The notes beneath the pieces are model-generated. The model was not told the origin of the DNA, searched no databases, and was given only the letters and a program-made list of their open reading frames with translations. 64,000 bases of DNA from contig CM120640.1 of assembly GCA_051362555.1 (NCBI GenBank), forward strand, positions 9,548,001-9,612,000. Reading direction: 5' to 3'. Of this stretch, positions 54,101-64,000 are shown one piece after another; the stretch's first letter is position 1, and every line of letters starts with the position of its first letter. This stretch comes from Lingula anatina. Taxonomy: Eukaryota; Animalia; Brachiopoda. The position numbers were made by a program, and so were the translations under genes.

Positions 54101-57100
54101 TTTTGATTATTGACTATAAATAGCATGAACATGTAGAAAATTTGATTACCATCCGGCTTCATGTCCATGGGAGCTCCGAGTCCCACAATGAATATGCCAA
54201 AAAGATAATGAATATTTCACTAAAATGAATAACTTCCAGAAAAAGAAGCCCATTAGACTGCTTTTCCAACTTGGGCTGCATTTTAGTCCTGTGTTTCTTT
54301 TTTGAAAGTTTGACAATCATAACGAACACGGTTTTCCCATCATGGTCATCATGGCAGATGTGGATGATTGAATCTGACAAACTGCAATGATATGAGTTTA
54401 TTTCCGTTTTGGACACTTGATTACACAATACATGATAACAAGTTTACCATCATTTTTACATAATCAACTAACAATGTTGTAAAGATGCAGGAAATATCAA
54501 ACACACACTTTTACGTATCTTATTAGTTCAATAATGAGACTGTTAACATGCCTAAGAATTGAATCTGAGGAAATTTGAAAAAACAGTACAACTTCTAAAA
54601 TAATGGCCCGATAACACTGATTTTCGAACTCAACCTGCATTTTTGTAAGATTGACCACTCCTGTGAGTATAATGACAATTGGCTAAGCTGTTTTTCTTAT
54701 ATTGTGTTATTAATGTTGCATATATGTTGAAAAAAGTGAAAAAACAGCATAAAAAAATTAAAAGAAAATGTAAAATAAAACAACAAAAAATACCAATAAA
54801 GCTGCTATTCAAACTTTTAATCTAGCTGTACAATTACTAACATGATATGAATAACCCTATTGAGTTTGAGAATAATAAGGCACTGTTATTCATCTTTAGC
54901 ATTAATGTAAGCGTTACACAAATTTTTTTTTTTGTAAACTTATTTTCCATATTAAATAACATTTACCTGCATAATAATCATCGATTCCTAATTATGTGAC
55001 ACAGTTAAGAAAGCTAAACCGATGGGACTTTACAATGAAATCTCAATGTGTGTTTATGTAATCTCATTTAATATCCACTTGAAAATTAATTAAGCAAATT
55101 ATTTTATAACCCTGAAATAACTTGAAAATCAATTAAGCAAATTATTTTATAACCCTGAATTAACTGCCTACTATCCATATACATTTATTGCACCAAATAG
55201 CACTGTACTGCATTGCTTTCAAAACAGAAAACAATTACGATGGTTTTCCAACACAAGCTGCACTTCACTCTTTTCAGTAAGGTTGATTATCATAAGTAAC
55301 ATGGTTTTCCCTTAATCGCTATCCTGGCAGCAGTGTCCAAAATAGGGTTTTCTTTAACTTTCATGCAATATAACATAATACTTAACAGCATAATGACCAT
55401 CAAATTTTTTATAAAAAAATAAAAGTATCATGGATATTCATGGAAAGGTCTCCAAGGACATGGAAGTTAGGGTCACACTTTCAAAATGCCAAAATGTTAA
55501 CAAGAGATAACTGTACTGAAATGATTTTCTTTCCATTTTCAACACCTTTTTAACATAAAACCATCATCAATTAACTGTCATTTTTAAATGATCAACTAGG
55601 AAAATTGTTGACATAGGAAAAATATCAATAGAACAATTTATAATGTCCAATTAGCTCCATTTGGAGATTCTGAACATAGTGAATGATTGAATCTGACGAA
55701 CTGCAATGATGAGTTCCTTTCCATTTTTGATACTTTATTACACAATGCAGGATAATAGGTTTACCGTCATTTTTATATAATCAACTAACAATATTGTTAA
55801 GAAGCAGAAAATGTTAAAACAACACTTTAACATATCCAATTAGTACCGTTATGAGACTGTTAACATGCTTAAGAATTAAATCTGAAGAAAAACCACTTAT
55901 ATACAAAAAGGCTAATAACTTCATCAAAACTTAACTGATCAAGCTTATTTTCAAACTTGATCTGTATACTGGTCAGATTGATCACTCCTGTGAGTTGCAA
56001 GACAAAAGGCTGATTGGTTTTCCTTAAAATGCGTTATCAGTGTTGCATGTATGCTGAATAAAGGGAAAAAAACAGCATTACTTTTGTAAAAATAGTCCAA
56101 TCATGCCAATTTTCAAACTTGACCTGCATATAATAAATATTCACCAGTTCTGTAAATTTCAATCCAAGGAAAGGAAAAACATTTTTACACTTATCATGTT
56201 ATCGGTGTTATAAAAGTGCTGAAAAAATTGAAAAAAAAACAAAAAAAAAAAACAGGATAACTTCCATAAAAATTGTCCGATCTTGCTGATTTTCAAACTT
56301 GACCTGCGTATTATGAATATTCATTAGTTCTGTAAGTTTCAAGCCAAATGAAAAAACAGTTTTCCACTTATTGTGTTATCAGTGCTGCATATATGCTGAA
56401 AAAAGTGAAAAAAGAGCATAAATTCCCTAACAATAATCGAATCATGCTGATTTTCGAACTTGACTTGCGTATTATGAATATTTATCAGTTCTACAAGTTT
56501 CAAGCCAAAAGGTAAATTGGTTTTCCACTTATGGTGTTATCGGTGCTGCATATATGCTGAAAAATAGTGAAAAAACAGCATAAATTCCCTAAAAATGACC
56601 CAATCATGCTGATTTTCGAACTTGACCTGTGTATTATGAATATTAATCAGTTTTGTAAGTTTCAAGCCAAAAGGTAGGATGGTTTTCCACTTATCGTGTT
56701 ATCGGGGTTGCATATATGCTGAAAAAAGTGAAAAAACAGCATAAATTCCCTAAAAATGACCCCATCATGCTGATTTTCGAACTTGACCTGCGTATTATGA
56801 ATATTCATCAGTTCTGTAACTTTCAAGCCAAAAGGTAAAATGGTTTTTCACTTATCGTGTTATCGGTGCTGCATATATGCTGAAAAAAGTGAAAAAACAG
56901 CATAAATTCCCTAAAAGTGACCGATCATGCTGATTTTCGAACTTGACCTGCGTATTATGAATATTCATCAGTTCTGTAAGTTTCATACCAAAAGGTAAAA
57001 TGGTTTTCCACTTATCGTGTTATCAGTGCTGCATATATGCTGAAAAAAGTGAAAAAACAGCATAAATTCCCTAAAAGTGACCCGATCATGCTGATTTTCG

Positions 57101-60100
57101 AACTTGACCTGCGTATTATGAATATTCATCAGTTCTGTAAGTTTCATACCAAAAGGTAAAATGGTTTTCCACTTATCGTGTTATCAGTGCTGCATATATG
57201 CTGAAAAAAGTGAAAAAACAGCATAAATTCCCTAAAAGTGACCCGATCATGCTGATTTTCGAACTTGACCTGCGTATTATGAATATTCATCAGTTCTGTA
57301 AGTTTCATACCAAAAGAAAAAACAGTTTTCCATTTATCGTGTTATCGGTAAAAGTGCACGGCGACGGCGACGACGGCGACGATGGCGACAGCGACGACGG
57401 CGACGGCGACGACGGACGCAGATGATGGCTATATGTACAGACACATCTGTGTCTGTACATAAAAATGTTAATTTATTAGTGGGTGCTTTCTACGATTATC
57501 ACTAAGAAAATAAATGAGTCTTGAATTATTCATCAAATGTCTGTAACTTGAATTCAGTTTAGTATTTTGTGTCAACCTAAAAGGAGAGAGCTTCAGTTCA
57601 TAAAGAACACTTAAAATCATGGACAGGTATCAAAACACAACTCCCCATCTTTACTTGATAATTCTTCCAAGTTTTACGTTAGTGTATGTAGTAAAAAGTT
57701 TTCCTCTAAGTGGTGACTTTACAAGACTGTAGACAGACCTAAGCCTCTATAGTCTTCTTACCCAGTCTACTCTGAGAGAGCCTAGAGATAGTGAAAGGTG
57801 TCCCCAAAGTTGAGGTGTCATAGCCTCTACTGGTCAATGCCTCATTAATCACAGCCTGGTCAAATAGGAGTTCATCTTTAACATTGGTGGATGTAGGGTA
57901 GCTGTAATACAACAGAATTCCAGCAATTAGTAAATCAACCAGCTTATGCTAGACTAATTACCCATGTTAACAAGAGCTGTGCTTCATTACCAATTTCAAA
58001 GCAACAAAATAAATAAGAATAATATTCATTATAATAACAATACTAAAAAAATACATTATGCCATTTTTATACATAAAAAATTGAAAATCCAACAAAAAAC
58101 CACTTAAATCGTTTATAAAATCATGTAAATAAATCAAAATTGGAATAGTTTGAATATAATATAAAACATTCTATTACATAAAATGAAAAGATTATTATAC
58201 CTCTGCTCTGTATTACTTCTGTTGAAGGCAAAATCTGGTAAAAGGTGAGGAGCTTTATTTTTCCTTGCATCTATTATCTGTAAAATATTTTATACATAAG
58301 AAATCAGCTGTAAAAAGTGATATCAGGATAGGTTCAGAGCTGAAATAAAGTTGAACACATAAAATGGCTTTGACACTGTTTTTCAGGGTGAAAATCTGAA
58401 AAAAAAAATTTAATGAATCTAAAATCCATGAAATTTCTGTTCATGTGGATAAGACTTACCTCTGAAACATGTGTGCACATGTTTGGAATTGCCGAGAGCT
58501 GTCCTATAAGGTTGAGATAAGCTGCTACAATAGCATGGATAGCACAAGTATGAGTAACAGGCAAATCTGAAGACACGGATATATTCTGAAATGGAACAGC
58601 ATATGACAAAGTGATGAACTAACTGTGATGAACAAATAACAGTATGTTTAAGGTTCTAATAATCTTGTAACTACCAAAATAATAAGGATGACCCAACTGG
58701 GTTTAGATTTGTAGATGAAGGTGTACTTCCTAAACCGTCCAATACCTGTATCCCCATGGCTAGCCTGACCAGGTCCACTAAGATGTCCTCCCCTCCTAAC
58801 TCTATGGACAGAAGTGCCAGAGTGCAGTACAGGGCCTCAAAGTTGTCTACTTTATTGTTCTCCTGGAGCATGTTCTCATATATACAGCTGTAAAACTGGG
58901 GACCATTCTGTAAATAAAAAACAAAACTGTACAATGAACGATAAAAAATTATGAAATAAAAATATATTTAACATCATTAAAAACGCAAGGTTAAAACATT
59001 GTAAGTAATTTACTTAAAACAGTGGTAGGTAAAATGACAATGTCTGTACTTACTAGTATCACAATGTTTTATGCAATCAATGTGCACAATTTAAAACCAT
59101 GTAAGGTAAAAATAAATATAATTGTGAGCAATACTTCCTGAAATATACTTTGCTTTTTAATTTTAAATGATGTTCTATACTTAGATATTATGTACATATA
59201 ATGATAAATACAAACTGCATAATTCACTGAACTTAACTAGATTGATATCATCTTATATAATTTTTTTACCACACTATCATTTAGTTTTATTCTACTGTTC
59301 TCCATAAGAAAAATATTTTTACTTCAAAATCCATTTTGCTTGCAACCCACATTCCTCTTTATTTTATATCTAACATGTTTGAACTTTACCTTCTTGATGA
59401 AAAATATGTCTTGTTGTGATGCTTTTTCCACTGTAAGATTGAGAGCTTGAATATCCTTGGGAATCCTTAAAGAGAACAGAAATATTTTGGCTATTTATTA
59501 TAAGAGTATGGACCCCAAAAGAGTGCCAAATAATTTATACCTTCCTCATAATTGTACAGATTCTTGTTAAATAGTGAGTAAAACATGTCAACACTGATTG
59601 CAAAATTAGTATCTGACTTCAAGCATTCAAATATTCAAAGTTTTTTTCTACTGATATACAAATGAATACTTCTAAAATATAGTGCAACATAAAACCTGAA
59701 ACAACAGTTAGTGCATCAGTTTGGATCCATATAAAGCACCTTGCCCTGGTCTTCCTTAAGAAAAGTGACAATTAGTGTTTTTTAACTAGACAAAGCTTGT
59801 AGTGCATATATAACATATTAAAAGCTCAGGGACCATTTGATTTTTGATTCATGTATTACTGTGTATATACACATATTGTCCTTAGGCCAGGTTACATGCA
59901 TGGCAGGGTCCATTCTTGTAATCTATATATGGGATCACCAGATGAAATTAAAGCAAATTCTACAGTTATTCAAAAATCTACTTTTTAACATTTCTTTAAT
60001 AGTGACTGGATATTAAAAAAGCAACAACAGTTTTGGCTTATGACAATATTTCTACAGAAAAACCAACATCAACAAATAATTGAAACCATTTTACACTCCA

Positions 60101-63100
60101 GACATGTTCTAAAAAAATTAATGCCCAACAGATGAGACACAAGTGCATTCCTGAAACAAAACAAACCTTGGTTGCCAATGCATAGCCATGACAGCCCTGT
60201 TAAGTCTGTGAAATGTTGGTTATTGTTATTCATGAACTAATGAAATGGGTTCAAAAGAGACTAAATGTCAGGTTATCAAATGAAAATTGCCTGCATGTAA
60301 CAAGTGAGAAGTTATATCTACATATTGCTTTGCATTACAAATACTCAATTTGCACTTTTTTGTGTTAGTAAGGACAATGTGGCTCAATTTGAACTTTCAA
60401 AAATCTCATCTGTTACATACAGCTTGAAATAAAAGCAACAAAGGGCAAGGTTTGGTCAAATTCACTATTCAATGAAAAATGACCCTTTGAGAGCTTTTAA
60501 ATGCCTTAGTTACGCATTTACCCTCCATTTAACACTTGTTTCAGTGTGACCACAGCCCAAGCTTTAATTTCCAAGTAAATCTATATGAAGTGGACTATTG
60601 TATAGTAAGTGGAGTTTTCAATTCAGATTTTACATTTGACTTAACACTAATAAAATGTGGACAAAATAATGAAACAAAAGAAGTCAACCTGAGTCACACA
60701 AATGCCACCATTAAGTGTTAGATTAAGAACCCAGCCCACTAATAACATCCTTTTCAACTGCAGTAAATGATCTGTCATGCAACAACAAGAAATGTGAAAG
60801 CAATCGGGTAATGATCTACAAACTTACAGGAGAAAACCATAGCCTTACCATGTTATAGTATCACTGTCCTCACTACAACCACAACAAATAACAATATTCA
60901 AATATGACTTTTTCAGGTGACCAGAAAAGACAGGTTACACATAATTATTTCTTTTCTACTTATAAATGTCCCATGCACCTTTTCAAATATACTGTAAATT
61001 AACGGAAATCAAATATTACATATCCCAAAATAATTGATGCCATAATAATTCAAAAGAATTAAATAATGTAATATTTACAGATATGTTAAATTTTTTGCTT
61101 TTTTTTCTGAAGTCCCAAATGGGATAAGTTAAACACTGTTTTTTTTTAAAGGAACAATTAAAAATAAAATTTCACACAGATTTGCCAGTTCTAAGAGAAA
61201 AATTTAAGTTATATTTATAATTACAAGGATATTAAACTGATAAAAGAACCCAGGCCATTCTGGTAAATTTAAAAGCAACCATAACATATTCATTTACTTA
61301 AGGACATGACGCCATTATCTTGGAAAACATTTAGGAAACTTTTCCTATGGTAACCCCTATAATCAATGCATATCTTCTTTTATGCCTGTTGTTATAATTC
61401 AGAAAAGTTCACATTAAACATCACACTTCAGAGTACGGCACTCCAAACAAACATCTTTATTGAAAATATTTTCCATTTTACATCAAATGATACACTTCAA
61501 ACCATACATCAGTAGAGTACAGAAAGGTCCCCCTAGTAAGCTAAAACCAAATGCTTACCTGACAAACTTGAGTTTACCAGAGTTGTCATGTCTGTCTAAC
61601 AATGTGTGTAGAATCTCCTGCACAATCAACCTGATGCCAGCATCATAGGCAAGAGACATTCTCAGTAATGGATCCAGGAAGGCAGGAGGGAAGGCATTGA
61701 TCATTAGCACTGTGCGATACTTGGTAGCCACCTAACAACACACAATATCTGAGTTATACCCCATTCAAAACTGCCGAGAATATTACAATCTATTCACCCA
61801 TTTTGATTTCAATAGTTTATGTGTTACAAGTAAAATCCACAGGTCTCTATTTCCATTATGAGAGTGGCTTAAAAAATAGAAATTTGGCACTTAAAAAACT
61901 TTTTAAAAAGTTCATAGATCATAATTTCATTTACAGTTTGGACATGATACCTTGGCTATTAAGAGTTACGTTATGAAATTTTGTGGAAAAGTCAATTTTT
62001 GCTACATGTAATGCTCACTGTATGAGTTTAACTAATAAACAATTTCAAACAAGCACATCAAATGGACAAATGGGCATCAGTATCCAAATGCATTTGACAA
62101 AAATTATACAAGCTTATAACTGGCCAATTTTGTTATGTTGACATGAAATAACATATGAAAAATAAAGATTAGTGCTTTTGTTTTTGGTTCATATGCTGCC
62201 ACTAACCTTTAGCATAGTTTTCAATAACATTGTCTGTAATAAAGTGTCCTTTCTATCCCTGGAAGAAAAGAGATTGAGTTACATAAACTCACATTTCTTA
62301 TTCCAACTATCCAGGAAATTCTGTTCAACTTCTTAAAATTCTGTTCAGCAACAAAACTTAATATGCTGACTGACTGGCAAATTATACATTTATGCCCAGT
62401 GCTAAAATTAGTACATCAGTTCGTTGTCTTTTTTGAGATAATTACACACATATCCATTATATAGGGAATCCATTATAAAAAGTGAATGAAATGAATTGAC
62501 TTTCCAACTAGGTAAGTATTAGCAAGTAAAAATTTTCTTTTTTATCTCACCCTGAAGAAACATCCTCCTCCAAATCTAGAAGCGGTACTTTCCCCATTAC
62601 AAACATCATGATTTCAATCTTCTGATAGTCTGGGAGATTATTGGCAAATTCACCTGTAAAAAATTCAATGAAAAACAATGTTTAAAAAGGTGCAATAAAT
62701 AAATCACTTACTTCTAGCTTAAATATAAAAAGAACAAATTAATTGTTCAAAGCATTGTGAACTTGTTAGTGCTATGAAGCGGATTAAGCTTCATTTAAAT
62801 TAATGCATGCATCATAATACTCACCTATAGTATTAATAACTGCTTCCTGAAAGTTTTTCTCATCTAGAACCCTTTGCCTGTCAGAGGTCTGTACTGACAC
62901 GGAACTCTTAAGATGACGTAACAATGTGTTAAACACCTCAAGAACAGATGGTCCTGAAACATTAAACATAAATGTTATACGCAATTCACATGCCTTGTGA
63001 CCCCACATATTGCAATTTTAACATTAACCTTAATGAATGCAGTTTTAACTGAGGATGAAGGGAACTCTGATAACTCATCATGCATTCACACATGTAAAGA

Positions 63101-63949
63101 CATGCGTCTCAACTTCAGTGGCATTTCACTGAAGTTAAGTTTACCTCAATAATCACAAATATTGGGAAGGTCTATCAACTTATGTCCTTTTATAGATCCA
63201 TAAAATCCACATGACTGAATATGCATCTTTGCTTGGTGTAGGAACTTCAAACAAATTTGAAGCTCACTCTCAGTGACCAATAAGTGTGAATATATGGAAG
63301 TTGAAAAAAGATGAATCTGGCACAAATCAGGGAACACTGCCTTCAGATATGTACAGATCCCCCTTGCAGCAAATATCACTGAACCTCAGGGTAAGCTGCC
63401 TTCTCATACCTACAGAACCCCCGGCAGCAATCACCACTGTTTCAGAAACAACGTCAACAATGCCAGCTTTAACTCTAGGCTCATCTTTGTTATGTGCGTC
63501 TAGATGGCTCATGAGATGATGCACTACCATGTGACCATATTGGTCCTGAAAAATGGCACATAAGAACAATGCTAAGAAAGTTTCTTTGCAATTAAAGAGT
63601 ATTTCAAATTAACAACAATTAACTATGCTCTGTTACTGTAATGGTAGGAACATTCCAAGGCTATATCAGGGTTTTCTTCAGTCCAGTGGGCTTTGTCCCT
63701 TGCAAACATTCTTGGCTCCTGAATTTTTTTTTTGCACTTTGTAACATTCCTAGAACTGTATATTTGAGCTCAGCAGTCAATTGAACTAATACATTGCATA
63801 AGACTGTAATCATTATAACAAGGGGTTTTCCTTTCATTACATATGTCATTCACATACTTCAAAGTCTTACCTGCACTGAATACATGAGGATCCTGAAAAT
63901 CTTCACAGCAAACTTGTTCGGAACCCATAGCTTGTGATAGTCCAAATGC
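48146..63949 (-). CDS. EFR3: EFR3 homolog (PI4KA plasma-membrane adaptor; rolling blackout/stmA family), 5' partial
   Basis: Minus-strand exons with consistent phases: 63949-63871, 63545-63410, 62953-62825, 62653-62551, 62258-62207, 61731-61559, 59465-59390, 58907-58746, 58585-58460, 58277-58201, 57901-57762, (candidate microexons 52391-52368, 51994-51965, 50917-50891), 49780-49686, 49238-49187, 48848-48739, 48274-48146 (TGA). Family motifs: HLDYHKLW, GSVGPSVLEVFNTLLRHL, GEFANNLPDYQKIEIMMF, EDITFESLKK, EKFQTAPFEQI, C-terminal MQFPDLYVY. Confidence 0.93.
50891..50917 (-). CDS. EFR3: Candidate EFR3 27-nt microexon (ETSSGSWLQ)
   Basis: Minus strand: aaacttacag|AAACCAGTAGTGGATCTTGGCTACAAG|gtgaat; phase 1-1; open. 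Confidence 0.5.
51965..51994 (-). CDS. EFR3: Candidate EFR3 30-nt microexon (VIHIKGSIYS)
   Basis: Minus strand: cctaaccattatag|TTATTCACATTAAGGGGTCCATTTATTCAG|gtggga; phase 1-1; open; two TGCATG downstream (51911, 51865). Confidence 0.4.
52368..52391 (-). CDS. EFR3: Candidate EFR3 24-nt microexon (GRMDSWFA)
   Basis: Minus strand: cttgtatttcacgatgcag|GTCGCATGGACAGTTGGTTTGCAG|gtaaac; phase 1-1; repeated ctaaa/cttaac branch-like motifs upstream; TGCATG about 19 nt downstream. Confidence 0.6.
52757..52925. mobile_element. Diverged inverted copy of the 168-bp MITE, inside HINE
   Basis: Aligns by eye to the reverse complement of 16075-16242 (ccagagatattttctgacagt...gatccatcctccatttt...cccagaagatgg). 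Confidence 0.75.
53161..53348 (-). mobile_element. Small HINE/DINE-like element, family B, nested in family A copy
   Basis: Hairpin GCACTC-cga-GAGTGC (53173-53187); subTIR ACCTCTGCCAAGG (53190) is the inverse of CCTTGGCAGAGGT (53333); A/T-rich ends. Confidence 0.7.
55900..57350 (-). repeat. 161-bp tandem repeat array (satellite-like) inside HINE
   Basis: Anchor motif at 56381, 56542, 56704, 56865, 57025, 57186, 57347. Confidence 0.92.
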
Positions 63950-64000
63950 CTGGAATTGGATAAAGGGTGCATTACAAAACATTTTTAAATTCTTAATATC

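Larger units (their letters stand above)
52594..57465 (-). mobile_element. HINE family A composite copy (about 4.9 kb) in an EFR3 intron
   Basis: Same termini; about 8 tandem 160-162-bp units, (GAC/GGC)n microsatellite, internal duplication (53360-53550 vs 54790-55070) and nested elements. Confidence 0.8.

Noticed and set aside
55900-57350. Regular repeats as a possible CRISPR array
   Set aside because: Head-to-tail 161-bp units with no unique spacers, in a spliceosomal-intron context, and no cas genes
57198-57425. ORF ending in GDD-rich repeats
   Set aside because: Translation of the HINE tandem unit and (GAC/GGC)n microsatellite; not a gene

Overview
AT-rich, intron-rich animal genomic DNA, probably invertebrate; the repeat types look mollusc-like (inference). 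Two convergent genes fill the window. (1) + strand, about 3.2-45.1 kb: a 5'-truncated otoferlin-like type-II ferlin (C2B-C2F, FerI/FerA/FerB, C-terminal TM, no DysF) with about 40 exons whose GT-AG phases join into one frame. (2) - strand, from beyond 64 kb to about 47.3 kb: the 3' part of an EFR3 (rolling blackout/stmA) homolog ending ...MQFPDLYVY. The main interest is hidden alternative splicing: a pair of 85-nt mutually exclusive C2B exons, duplicated TM terminal exons arranged like vertebrate OTOF exons 47/48, several symmetric cassette or micro-exons in the otoferlin linkers, and three phase-1 candidate micro-exons in one EFR3 intron. Mobile DNA includes several Helentron-associated (HINE/DINE-1-like) elements with 161-bp tandem arrays, a decayed intron-containing Academ-like transposon with nested LINE and HINE insertions, MITEs and a SINE relic. 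All coordinates and alignments were read by eye; no searches were run.
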